The notes under the pieces are model-generated. The model had not been told where the DNA came from, ran no database searches, and saw only the letters and a list, made by a program, of their open reading frames with translations. 64,000 nucleotides of DNA from an uncultured Planctomycetota bacterium. Its GTDB lineage: Bacteria > Planctomycetota > Phycisphaerae > Tepidisphaerales > Tepidisphaeraceae. The stretch covers positions 1,472,001-1,536,000 of the forward strand of contig CAWJEN010000006.1 of assembly GCA_963841915.1 (NCBI GenBank), given 5' to 3'. The position numbers and the translations under genes are program-made. Below, piece by piece: positions 29,939-41,006 of the stretch (the stretch's first letter is position 1; the number at the start of each line of letters is the position of its first letter).

Positions 29939-31468
29939 ATGTTTGCATCCATCACTTCCTGGACCCGCGCCACGCATCGGGCGGCTCGACTGGCCGCATT
30001 ACTCACAACCGCCTGCGCCGGCGTCGCCATCGGCATACCCGCCGTGGCCGACGCTGCGCCGCCTACGCCCGTTTCTACTGAGAAGAAGGCGATGAATGTC
30101 GTCGTGTTCCTCGTGGACGACATGGGCTGGGCCGACTGGACCGGTGGTGGCAGCGTCTACTACGAGACGCCCAACCTCGACCGGCTGGCCGCCAGCGGCA
30201 TGATGTTCACCGACGCCTATGCAGCCTGCCCGGTCTGCAGTCCTTCGCGTGCTGCCCTGCTGACCGGTCGCTACCCACAGCGGTACGGCATCACCGATTA
30301 CATCAACGGCACGGGCAACAACGGCCCGAATCAGCCACAGAACTGGAACCGCGACACGCCGCTCCTGCCGGCTCCGTACGAAGACAAGCTCCCGCACGAA
30401 GAAGTGACGCTTGCCGAGTATCTGAAGGAAGCGGACTACGACACGTTCTTTGCGGGCAAGTGGCACCTCGGCCCCGAAGGTTGGTGGCCGCAGAACCACG
30501 GCTTTGACATCAACATCGGCGGCTGGGACCAAGGTGGGCCGTACCGCGGCAAGCAGTATTTCTCGCCTTACGACAACCCGCAAATGGAGAACGGCCCGGA
30601 CGGCGAACACATGCCGGCCCGCTTGGCCCGCGAGACCAGCGACTTCATCAAGGCTAACGCCGATGGGTCATTCCTTGCTTACTTGTCCTTCTACTCCGTC
30701 CACACGCCGATCATGGCGCCGGACGAGCTGGTGAAGAAGTACCGCCAGAAGCGGGCGGCCATGGGACTCACCGAAGCGGGAGAATTCGGCGAGAAGCTCG
30801 AGAACGGCCGCCAAGTTCGTGTCGTGCAGCGGCATGCCGTTTACGCCGGCATGGTCGAAGCAATGGACAGTGCCGTCGGCACGGTGCTCGACACGCTCGA
30901 CGAAGAAGGCCTGACCGACAACACGATCGTCGTCTTTACGAGCGACAACGGCGGCCTTTCGACGAGCGAAGGCTCACCGACGAGCAACGAACCGCTCCGC
31001 ACCGGCAAAGGCTGGATGTACGAAGGCGGAATCCGCGTGCCTCTGGTGATCCGCGTGCCCGGCGTAACCGCCCCTGGCAGCACATCTTCGATGCCCGTCA
31101 GTGGCGTGGACATCTTGCCGACCGTGCTCGCCGGCACAGGACTCGCCAACGAACTTGAGGGTAAGACGATCGACGGCATCGATATAACGCCCGCTCTCAA
31201 AGGCAACGCCTTCGAGCGGTCACCGATCTTCTGGGCTTACCCGCACTACGGCAACCAGGGCGGAGGACCGGCTGCGGCCATGCGAGATGGTGACTGGAAA
31301 CTGGTTCACTGGTACGACGACGGCCGGACCGAGCTGTACCGCCTCGATGACGACATCAGCGAAGAAGTCGATCTGGCCGAAGAGCACCCCGAGGTGTTTC
31401 AACGGCTCAACAAGGCGCTCCACGACTGGCTCGACGACGTCGACGCCAAGGAGCCAAGTAAGCGATAA
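29939..31468 (+). CDS. Secreted sulfatase (S1 family)
   Basis: NVVVFLVDDMGW, CSPSRAALLTGR, GKWHLG, TSDNGG, YPHY. Confidence 0.92.
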   Translation: MFASITSWTRATHRAARLAALLTTACAGVAIGIPAVADAAPPTPVSTEKKAMNVVVFLVDDMGWADWTGGGSVYYETPNLDRLAASGMMFTDAYAACPVCSPSRAALLTGRYPQRYGITDYINGTGNNGPNQPQNWNRDTPLLPAPYEDKLPHEEVTLAEYLKEADYDTFFAGKWHLGPEGWWPQNHGFDINIGGWDQGGPYRGKQYFSPYDNPQMENGPDGEHMPARLARETSDFIKANADGSFLAYLSFYSVHTPIMAPDELVKKYRQKRAAMGLTEAGEFGEKLENGRQVRVVQRHAVYAGMVEAMDSAVGTVLDTLDEEGLTDNTIVVFTSDNGGLSTSEGSPTSNEPLRTGKGWMYEGGIRVPLVIRVPGVTAPGSTSSMPVSGVDILPTVLAGTGLANELEGKTIDGIDITPALKGNAFERSPIFWAYPHYGNQGGGPAAAMRDGDWKLVHWYDDGRTELYRLDDDISEEVDLAEEHPEVFQRLNKALHDWLDDVDAKEPSKR

Positions 31469-31506
31469 GTAGACCGTTCACCGCGCAAACCTCACGCTTT
31501 CCCCGT

Positions 31507-31534
31507 GCGGCGGACCCAGATCCGCCGCCTTTTT
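31507..31534 (+). terminator. Intrinsic terminator-like hairpin between the sulfatase and GH43
   Basis: GCGGCGGA-CCCAGA-TCCGCCGC followed by CTTTTT. Confidence 0.6.
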
Positions 31535-31546
31535 CACAGATATTAC

Positions 31547-32707
31547 ATGCAATTCCCCAAGCTTGTCGTGTTCGCCGCAGCAACGAGCTGCCTGATTGCC
31601 ACCGGTTCTGCTCATGCACAGGAGCAGCATGACGCTTTTCATCCGGGCGCACCCACGTGGACCGACACGGACGGCAACCACATCATTGCACACGGCGGTG
31701 GCATTCTGGAGCACGAGGGCGTCTTCTACTGGTATGGCGAGCAGCGGTGGGGAGAGAACGCCAGGCCGGCCGTCCGCTGCTATTCGTCGACCGACTTGTA
31801 CAACTGGAATGACGAAGGCCTTGTACTGACCGACGAGGACGTGTTCGAGAACTCGATTTTCGAGCGGCCGAAGGTGATTTACAACGAGACGACGAAGAAG
31901 TTCGTCTTGTGGTGGCACCAAGAGCTGCCGGGCATCGGGTACGACGCTGCACGGACGGCTGTTGCGACCAGTGACACGCCGACGGGAAAGTTCACGTTTC
32001 ACCGCTCGTTCCGACCGAACGTCGGGCGGATTCCGATCAACGGCCCGATCGACGACATCAAAGATCTGGACCAGTGGAAGGCGGCCGTCGATGCCATTGA
32101 CGAAGAAGATTGGCCCGCACGCAGCACTGCTGGCGAAGCCTTGCTCCGTGACATCCATGTCGGCCAAATGGCCCGCGACATGACGCTGTACAAGGACGAC
32201 GATGGCACGGCCTACCTCATCTACTCCTCGGAAGAGAACTCGACCCTGCAGGTGGCTGAGCTCGACGACACTTACACGGACTTCACCGGGACGTACTCGC
32301 GCGTCCTGCCCGGCGGTCAGAACGAAGCCCCGGCCGTCTTCAAGTCAGGCGGTAAGTACTACATGATCGCCAGCGGCCTGACCGGTTGGGCACCCAACCC
32401 CGCCCGCAGTCACGTCGCTGACAATCTGCTCGGACCCTGGACGCCGCTCGGCAGCCCGATGCGGGGCGACACCAACCCGCACACCGGCAAGGGCCCGGGC
32501 CTGACTTTCGGCGGCCAAAGCACGCACATCCTCCCGAACCCGAAGAACCCGGAGCAGTTCATCGCCATGTTCGATGTCTGGACGCCGAGCGACCTCAACG
32601 CAAGCCCCTACATCTGGCTGCCGATCACCTTCGAAGCCGGCAAGCCGGTGATCTACTGGCAAGACGAATGGACGCTCGACGACGGCTGGCGTCGGGCGGA
32701 GCCGTAG
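31547..32707 (+). CDS. Glycoside hydrolase family 43 (resembles GH43_24 exo-beta-1,3-galactanases)
   Basis: WTDTDGNHIIAHGGG, FYWYGE, CYSSTDLYNW, ERPKVIYN, ARDMTLY.DDDG, NEAPA, SGLTGWAPN, GGQST, YIWLP. Confidence 0.85.
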   Translation: MQFPKLVVFAAATSCLIATGSAHAQEQHDAFHPGAPTWTDTDGNHIIAHGGGILEHEGVFYWYGEQRWGENARPAVRCYSSTDLYNWNDEGLVLTDEDVFENSIFERPKVIYNETTKKFVLWWHQELPGIGYDAARTAVATSDTPTGKFTFHRSFRPNVGRIPINGPIDDIKDLDQWKAAVDAIDEEDWPARSTAGEALLRDIHVGQMARDMTLYKDDDGTAYLIYSSEENSTLQVAELDDTYTDFTGTYSRVLPGGQNEAPAVFKSGGKYYMIASGLTGWAPNPARSHVADNLLGPWTPLGSPMRGDTNPHTGKGPGLTFGGQSTHILPNPKNPEQFIAMFDVWTPSDLNASPYIWLPITFEAGKPVIYWQDEWTLDDGWRRAEP

Positions 32708-32770
32708 CCGCTGACTTGTTCTGCTGCTGGACGAGCGTCGTCGCTGACTTTCAACCGGTGTGCGACCATG

Positions 32771-33121
32771 TCACTCCGACCAGACCGCCATCTCGTTGCC
32801 GCTGACGTCCGCGAAGTGGAACCTTCTCCCGCCGGGGAAATCGAAGGTCGGCAGCACGATGGTTCCACCCGCGGCTTCGATCTTCGACTGCGTCGCGGCG
32901 AGGTCCGCCGCGTAGAGCACGACCAGCACCGCCCCCTTCTGCGGCATCGTGTCGACCTGCTCCAAGCCGCCGTCGATTCCGGCGGCGTCGCGAGCAAAGC
33001 TGGCGTAGGTCGGGCCATAATCGGTGAACGACCAGCCGAACACCTCGCCGTAGAACCGCTTCGCGGCGGCGAGGTCCGTCACGCTGATCTCGAGGTAGTC
33101 AATCGTCTGATCCTGCGGCAT
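32771..33121 (-). CDS. VOC/glyoxalase family protein
   Basis: IDYLEI, AKRFYGEVFGWSFTDYGP.Y, FPGGRRFHFAD.SGNE. Confidence 0.9.
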   Translation of the reverse strand: MPQDQTIDYLEISVTDLAAAKRFYGEVFGWSFTDYGPTYASFARDAAGIDGGLEQVDTMPQKGAVLVVLYAADLAATQSKIEAAGGTIVLPTFDFPGGRRFHFADVSGNEMAVWSE

Positions 33122-33128
33122 GGGCGGC

Positions 33129-33146
33129 AGCGTACCGCACTATCGT
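33129..33146. promoter_or_regulatory. Back-to-back -10-like boxes of two divergent, probably leaderless genes
   Basis: TACGCT (minus, 33129-33134) lies 7 nt before ATG 33121. TATCGT (plus, 33141-33146) lies 5 nt before ATG 33152. The spacer is 30 bp with no SD. Confidence 0.55.
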
Positions 33147-33151
33147 TCTCC

Positions 33152-33802
33152 ATGACGCACCTCCTGCTCGCACTCCTGCTCGCTGCCCCGACGACCGCGC
33201 CCGCCGACGCTGTGACGGCTCAGCAGATCATGGCCGCCCACGGCAGCGATGCGTGGAGCGACATCGAGCAACTTGACTTCACCTTTGTCGTAACGCGGCC
33301 GGACGGCAGCGAGATGCGGCGGTCGCACGCGTGGAACGTGCCCCAGGGCGAATGCACCGTCACGACGCCCGAGGGTGAGATGACCGTGAACGTCGTCGAT
33401 TTTGACTCCGCGAATGCGACCGACGCAGAGAAGGCCGCGTTCGCCGCGTGGACCAACGACAGCTACTGGCTGCTCATGCCGCTCAAGCTCGGCGACCCCG
33501 GCGTGACGGCCACGACGCTCGGCGAGCAGGAAGCCCCCGGCGACCTCGGCACGCTTGATGCCGTCGAGCTCTCGTTCGACAACGTCGGCCTCACGCCGGG
33601 CGACAGCTACGTCGTTTACGCCGACGACGAGGGCGTGGTCCGCGGTTGGACGTTCACGTCAGCACGCGGCAATACATTCACTGTCGCCGCGAGTGAGGTA
33701 GAGGCGATGGGAGGGCTCAACCTCGTGACGAAATATGACCCGGTCGGTGGGCAGGGGCCGTCGGTCCGCTTCGAGGACGTGAAGGTCACCGCTCGCGACT
33801 GA
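33152..33802 (+). CDS. Secreted hypothetical protein
   Basis: Signal peptide MTHLLLALLLAAP, and WTNDSYWLLMPLKLGDPG...VGLTPGD motif. Codon usage looks coding. Confidence 0.75.
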   Translation: MTHLLLALLLAAPTTAPADAVTAQQIMAAHGSDAWSDIEQLDFTFVVTRPDGSEMRRSHAWNVPQGECTVTTPEGEMTVNVVDFDSANATDAEKAAFAAWTNDSYWLLMPLKLGDPGVTATTLGEQEAPGDLGTLDAVELSFDNVGLTPGDSYVVYADDEGVVRGWTFTSARGNTFTVAASEVEAMGGLNLVTKYDPVGGQGPSVRFEDVKVTARD

Positions 33803-33845
33803 TTGCAAACTTGGCCTCGTCAGAGGGTGCAGTCGCTCGAACGCT

Positions 33846-35234
33846 TCACTTCTGCTTGTGCCAGGTGTCGACCGCCTGGTGCACGACCTCAAACAACGTC
33901 GGGTGGATGAACACCGCGTCGAGGATCGACGCCAGCGGCTGGTCGAGGTGCATGAGCATGATGAACGCGTGGATGAGTTCACCGGCCTGCGGGCCGACGA
34001 TGCACGCGCCGAGCAGCTTGCCGCGAGGGTCGTGCGGGTCGAGGACGAGCTTGACAAGGCCGACGCCTTCGCCGGTGACGCGGGCGCGGTCGTTGGACTT
34101 CATCTTGACCGTGATGATCTTCGCACCGGGGGCGTCTTTCTCTGCCTTACCGACGCGGCCGAGTTCGGGGTCGGTGAAGACCGCCCACGGAACGATGCGC
34201 TGCGGGCGTGACGGGCTGCCGCCTGGATCGCGTTGCTGGCGGAGACGGCCGAGCAGGATGTGATGATCGTCGTGGGCGGTGTGCGTGAAGGCAGGCCCGC
34301 CGCGACAATCACCGACGGCGTAGAGGCCGGGAGCACCGGTGACTTCGCCGTATGCGTCTGTCTCTATGGCCCCTTTGTCTGTCGGGTGGACGCCGACGGT
34401 GTCGAGGCCGAGGTCGGCTGTGTTGGGTTGCCTGCCGGTGGCGGTGAAGATCGTGTCGCACTCGATGGCGTCAGCCTTGTCAAAATGGACGCGGTAGCTG
34501 CCGTCAAGTTGCTCGACGCTCTCTGTCTTGGCTCCCATGACAAAGCGCACGCCTTCGCTCTGGAGCGCAGTCTTGATGAGGTCGACCATGTCCTCGTCTT
34601 CGTGGCCGAGGATGCGGTCGGACTTCTGCACGAGCGTGACATCGTGGCCCATGCGCTGGTAGAACTGGGCCATCTCGACGCCGATGTACCCGCCGCCGAT
34701 CATGACAAGTCGGCGGCCGACATCGTCGCGGTCAAGCCACGATTCGCTCGTGATCGGATCGGCTTCTTTAAGCCCGTTGATCGGCGGCAAATTGGTGCGG
34801 CTGCCGGGATCGAGAACGACGCGGCCGGCAGTGATGCGTTCGCCTGCGACCTCGATGACGTACCCCTTGCCACTGCGTCCGGCGAGCCGCGCGTGACCTT
34901 GACAGATCTTGACGCCGCCCGACTCGAAACTCCGGTGGATGTGGTGCCGGGCCTTGTCCGTCCAGACTCGGGCGCGGGACAGCACGTCTTTAAGTACCGG
35001 CCGCACCTCGCCGATCTCGATGCCCCACTCGCTCCCGCGACGTGCGTGCTCGGCGACGCGGGCACTGGCATGGACAGCCTTGCTCGGCATGCAGCCGAAG
35101 TTCACACACGACCCGCCGAAGTGCTTCCGCTCGGCAATGGCGACGGTCAGGCCATCGCTGCAAAGCTTCGGGGCCAGCGGCACATTGGCTTGGCCCGCAC
35201 CAATCATAAATACATCTACATCGAAGTCGGCCAT
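33846..35234 (-). CDS. Class I pyridine nucleotide-disulfide oxidoreductase (dihydrolipoamide dehydrogenase / mercuric-reductase-like)
   Basis: IGAGQA, GGSCVNFGCMPSK, GGGYIGVE, ATGRQPN, C-terminal HPT..E. No C-terminal Cys-Cys pair. Confidence 0.88.
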   Translation of the reverse strand: MADFDVDVFMIGAGQANVPLAPKLCSDGLTVAIAERKHFGGSCVNFGCMPSKAVHASARVAEHARRGSEWGIEIGEVRPVLKDVLSRARVWTDKARHHIHRSFESGGVKICQGHARLAGRSGKGYVIEVAGERITAGRVVLDPGSRTNLPPINGLKEADPITSESWLDRDDVGRRLVMIGGGYIGVEMAQFYQRMGHDVTLVQKSDRILGHEDEDMVDLIKTALQSEGVRFVMGAKTESVEQLDGSYRVHFDKADAIECDTIFTATGRQPNTADLGLDTVGVHPTDKGAIETDAYGEVTGAPGLYAVGDCRGGPAFTHTAHDDHHILLGRLRQQRDPGGSPSRPQRIVPWAVFTDPELGRVGKAEKDAPGAKIITVKMKSNDRARVTGEGVGLVKLVLDPHDPRGKLLGACIVGPQAGELIHAFIMLMHLDQPLASILDAVFIHPTLFEVVHQAVDTWHKQK

Positions 35235-35274
35235 CAGGATTTGACACTAGCGCAACGGCGGTGGCGAACATCCA

Positions 35275-37266
35275 CTAACGCGGCACGTCGTCCCGCGCGT
35301 CTCGCCACCAAAGCTCCAGCATCATGAGTGCAAACAGCGCGTGGCCGTGGTCTTGGCGACCAGCTTCGTGGTCCTCGATCAACAAGCCGACCGCCGTCGG
35401 GTCGAACCACTCGCTCGCCAGTGAGTCATCGGCCAGTACCAGATCACGCAGCATCGAGCGAAGCGGCCCGCGGAGCCACGCACCAATCGGCACAGCAAAA
35501 CCACGCTTCTTCCGCGAAAAGACGCCCGACGGCAGGCTGTTGGCAAAAGCGTCCCGCAGCAGGCGTTTGCCGCCGCGGGGGCCGATGAGGTCGTTGTCCC
35601 CGAGCGACGCGGCAAACTGGATCAGGTCGCGGTCGACGAACGGTGACCGCACCTCCAGGCCGTGCAGCATCGACGCGCGGTCGACCTTCACCAGAAGATC
35701 GCCAGGCAGATACGTCGCACGGTCGACAGCAGTCGCGGCGGCGGCGACATCGTTGCCGCGAACGAACGCGTCGAACCAGCGTCCACCAACGCGGCCGGCG
35801 GCGTCGCGACTCAACAGCGTCGCAGATAAGCCTCCCATGCCGCCGGGTGTCATCCAGCGCAAACGGCTGTGCGGAAATATCCGCATGTAGCTCGCGTAAC
35901 GCTCGGCAGTACCAAGGGAAACGGACCCTGCCAAACGCATGGCTCGACGGACCGGGTTCTTCTCACCGAGGCGGGAGACGATCGGGTCGAGAAGCGAGGT
36001 GGCTACGGACGCGGCTCGCTTGCCTAGCGGCAGGGCCTCGAGGCGGTTGGCGAGCTGAAGGGCTCGATACCGGTCGTATCCGCCGAACAGTTCATCGCCA
36101 CCGTCACCGCCCAGGGCGACCGTCACGTGCCCGCGCACCTTCTCGGCAAGTACGCGCGTCGGCAGGATGCTCGAGTCGGCGAACGGTTCGCCGAGCGACT
36201 CGATCAATCGTGGCAGGTCACCGGCGGCGTCGAACGTCGCAGGCGAGACGCGGAAGACGTGGTGTCGGCAGTCAAGATGATTGGCCACCTCAGCGGCGTA
36301 GGCCGACTCGTCGTAGCCGGCGCTGCCGACGCCGTCAAACCCGATGGAGAAGGTATCGACGGTTGAGCCGGTCGCCCGCCGCATGTGCAGGGCGACGACG
36401 CTGGAGTCGATCCCGCCGCTGAGCAGGCAGCCGATCGGCACGTCGCTCACGAGACGCTTTTCGACTGCCGCGCCGACGAGGGTGCGGGTGCGGGTGACTG
36501 CCGACGCGTGGCGTCCGACGCCATCGGCCTCGAATCGGCCACCGGCGTCAAAGTAGCGGCGACGGGTCAAACCACCGGCGTCGATCGTCATGCAGCAGCC
36601 GGGCGGCAGCTTTTCGACGCCGCGATGGATCGTCATCTCGCCCGGGATGTAGCCCCAGGCGAGGTACTCCCGCAGGCTGTCGGCATTGATGGACAGGTCG
36701 CACCAGCCGAGCTTGGCCGCCGCCCGGCGCAGTGGTCGAAGCTCACTCGCGAAGAGGGCCGTGCCGTCGCTGACACCGAAGAACAGTGGCTTCTCACCGG
36801 CCGCGTCGCGGGCCAGGAACAGGCTCGGCCGCGATGTGCGGGCGTCGTAGATCGCAAAGGCGAACATGCCGTCAAGCCGGTCGACGCAGCCCTCGCCCCA
36901 GCGCTCGTAGGCGGCGAGCAGGACTTCGGTGTCGCCGTCGGTCTGCCAGTCACCGCCGAGCTCGCTGCGAAGCTGGCGGAAGTTGAAGATCTCACCGTTG
37001 AAGACGACGACGAGGTTGCCACCGGCACCGACGAACGGCTGACCCGACCGCGGTCGGGGGTCTATAACGGCAAGTCGACGATGGGCCAACGCGACGGCCG
37101 GTCGGTTGGCGGCGGGCGAGGCGTCGAGGTGGTCGGTCCACGTCCCTTCGCCATCAGGGCCACGATGCCGCATGCCGTCACAGAACAGCCGCAGCGTCGT
37201 CTCGGCGACGGCGGTCGTTAGCGGACGGTCGGGGTTGTAGCTGATCGCCCCGGCAACGCCGCACAT
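35275..37266 (-). CDS. asnB: Asparagine synthase (glutamine-hydrolysing) family amidotransferase
   Basis: MCGVAG, HRGPDG, HRRLAVID, FNGEIFN, LSGGIDSS, GDGGDELFGGY, KVDRASM..LEVRSPF. Confidence 0.9.
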   Translation of the reverse strand: MCGVAGAISYNPDRPLTTAVAETTLRLFCDGMRHRGPDGEGTWTDHLDASPAANRPAVALAHRRLAVIDPRPRSGQPFVGAGGNLVVVFNGEIFNFRQLRSELGGDWQTDGDTEVLLAAYERWGEGCVDRLDGMFAFAIYDARTSRPSLFLARDAAGEKPLFFGVSDGTALFASELRPLRRAAAKLGWCDLSINADSLREYLAWGYIPGEMTIHRGVEKLPPGCCMTIDAGGLTRRRYFDAGGRFEADGVGRHASAVTRTRTLVGAAVEKRLVSDVPIGCLLSGGIDSSVVALHMRRATGSTVDTFSIGFDGVGSAGYDESAYAAEVANHLDCRHHVFRVSPATFDAAGDLPRLIESLGEPFADSSILPTRVLAEKVRGHVTVALGGDGGDELFGGYDRYRALQLANRLEALPLGKRAASVATSLLDPIVSRLGEKNPVRRAMRLAGSVSLGTAERYASYMRIFPHSRLRWMTPGGMGGLSATLLSRDAAGRVGGRWFDAFVRGNDVAAAATAVDRATYLPGDLLVKVDRASMLHGLEVRSPFVDRDLIQFAASLGDNDLIGPRGGKRLLRDAFANSLPSGVFSRKKRGFAVPIGAWLRGPLRSMLRDLVLADDSLASEWFDPTAVGLLIEDHEAGRQDHGHALFALMMLELWWRDARDDVPR

Positions 37267-37317
37267 GTTGCACTGTATCGGCCCGAAGCGCCACCAGGTG
37301 TTGACCGGGCAGACGCC

Positions 37318-37812
37318 TTAATCGGTCGCTTCGGACTGCACCGTCGTCGCACTCGAATAGCCGTCTCCAGCCTGCAGGACCGGCTGATACTGGTCGCTGT
37401 CCATGATGGCGATGCCGATGAAGATCGTCAGGAACAACAGCGTGCTGACGAGGATGAGCTGATTGAGCTTCGTATCCCAGAACAGGTGCATGAAGAACAT
37501 CGCCACGAGGATCGCTTTGATGAAGGCAAGACCCAGGGCCACGATGATGTTGAACTGGCCCAGATCGACGAAGCGGGCACCGACGGTCGCGACGGTCAGC
37601 AGGACCAGTGCCGCAAACGTGCCGTACATGATGGGCAGCGGGGCGACATGAGGTTCGTCGTGTGGCTCTGCATTAACAGGCACATCAACGCCCCGCAGGC
37701 CGCGTGCGATGCCGCCATCGCGCTCGTCGCTGAGCCGCGAGTCGTCGTCGGTGAGCTCCGCAAGGTTGATGCGGCCTGTGCCGCGGACGCCGCTGTCGTT
37801 CGTGATGGCCAT
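37318..37812 (-). CDS. ctaF: Cytochrome c oxidase subunit IV
   Basis: LVLLTVATV, KAILVAMFFMHL. Last gene of the oxidase operon. Confidence 0.85.
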   Translation of the reverse strand: MAITNDSGVRGTGRINLAELTDDDSRLSDERDGGIARGLRGVDVPVNAEPHDEPHVAPLPIMYGTFAALVLLTVATVGARFVDLGQFNIIVALGLAFIKAILVAMFFMHLFWDTKLNQLILVSTLLFLTIFIGIAIMDSDQYQPVLQAGDGYSSATTVQSEATD

Positions 37813-37815
37813 GAC

Positions 37816-39006
37816 TTAGTGGATGAGATACAGCAGCGGGAAGAGGAAGATCCAGATGAGGTCGACGATGTGCCAGTAGAGGCCGACGAGGTCGACGGGC
37901 GTGAAGTATTTGGGCCCGAAGGTGCCGGCGATGCTCTTGATGAGCACCCAGCCGATGAGGCCCATCCCGACCAGGACGTGCACGCCGTGCAGACCCGTCA
38001 TCATGTAATAGATGCCGAAGAACGCCTTGATGTTCTGTCGGTCCTGGGCGTCGAGGTCGTCGTACTCGATGGTGGCGTGCCCGCCCGCATGCCCGCCGCT
38101 GGCGATGACGCTGGCGGACGTGGGGCTGTTGAACGCCGGCCTATGCAGGGCGGCATCGCTGGTGCCTTGGTGCGGATCGACGTAGCCCGGACCGAGCCGA
38201 GCCAAATCTTCGCTGGTCTGCGTGCCCATCGGGTCGCGCGGCGACTCGGCGTGGTTGTCACCGTGATCGGCTGAATCGATGTCTCGTGGCGCTCCGCTGA
38301 CACCTTCGCTGCCGCCACCACCGGCGGAGGTCAGCGGGTTGCCGTCGTCGACCGGTGCGGGCTCGAGACCGACGGCGTCATCGCTCTCGCCATGATGTGC
38401 CGCGTCGTCGGCGTGACTCTCATCTCCACCGTGATCCGCGGCACTGCCCCCGTGAGCTTCGTCTCCGTGAGCTTCGTCTCCGTGCGACGCCTCGTTGACG
38501 TGAGCCATGTGGGCGGCAAAGCGAGCTTGACTCTCGCTCGTCGACCGGTCGTAGACGCTCCAGCGGCCTGGGAAGTAGCCGTGCTGGAACTTCTCGCTGT
38601 ACTCGATGGTCTTGATGACCATGAAGCCGACGGCCCCGAGGAGCGTCATGACGAGCATGAGCTTGAGGTACGTCTGCTGCCCGAGCTGTGCCGCCCGAAC
38701 GGCCAACGCCATCGTGAGCGAACTGGCGAGCAGGACGATCGTGTTGGTCGCGCCGAGCCACGTGTTGAGGTGGTGCTCGCTGTAGCGAAAGACGTCGGGG
38801 TTGTTGTAGCGGTAGACCGCGTAGGCGCAGAACAGGCCGCCGAACATGAGGATTTCAGTCGCCAGGAACACCCACATGCCGATCTTGGCCGAGTCGTACT
38901 GCTGCTCGGGCGTATCGAAGTGGTGCGCCAGGTGAGGCGGATGGTCGCCGTGGTGGCCATGATCCGCATCGGTGGCGGGGGCGTGTTCAGGGTTGAAGGC
39001 GCTCAT
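37816..39006 (-). CDS. ctaE: Cytochrome c oxidase subunit III with a long His/Asp-rich insertion
   Basis: GMWVFLATEILMFGGLF, NTIVLLASSLTM, TGLHGVHV, GLYWHIVDLIWIFLFPLLYL. Confidence 0.92.
   Translation of the reverse strand: MSAFNPEHAPATDADHGHHGDHPPHLAHHFDTPEQQYDSAKIGMWVFLATEILMFGGLFCAYAVYRYNNPDVFRYSEHHLNTWLGATNTIVLLASSLTMALAVRAAQLGQQTYLKLMLVMTLLGAVGFMVIKTIEYSEKFQHGYFPGRWSVYDRSTSESQARFAAHMAHVNEASHGDEAHGDEAHGGSAADHGGDESHADDAAHHGESDDAVGLEPAPVDDGNPLTSAGGGGSEGVSGAPRDIDSADHGDNHAESPRDPMGTQTSEDLARLGPGYVDPHQGTSDAALHRPAFNSPTSASVIASGGHAGGHATIEYDDLDAQDRQNIKAFFGIYYMMTGLHGVHVLVGMGLIGWVLIKSIAGTFGPKYFTPVDLVGLYWHIVDLIWIFLFPLLYLIH
38450..38484. repeat. 15-bp tandem repeat (about 2.3 copies) encoding HGDEA units in ctaE
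   Basis: CCGTGAGCTTCGTCT x2 followed by CCGTG. Confidence 0.8.
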
Positions 39007-39073
39007 GCGTCGTCGTTCGTGCGGAGGGGAAGCGTCAGGTCAGGACCGAGCCGGATGGTAGAGCCGTGCCGGG

Positions 39074-40945
<1,872 letters not shown>

Positions 40946-41006
40946 GACGTGGGGTGGTACGGCTGACCTTCAGAAACGATAACCTTCGATGACCGGCAAG
41001 ATTGCT

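Noticed and set aside
32768..33151. N-terminal extension of the 344-aa plus-strand ORF
   Set aside because: It is antisense to the VOC gene. The signal peptide starts at 33152.
33846..35234. Calling the oxidoreductase merA
   Set aside because: It lacks the C-terminal Cys-Cys pair and the NmerA domain, has an HPT..E motif, and has no mer genes nearby.
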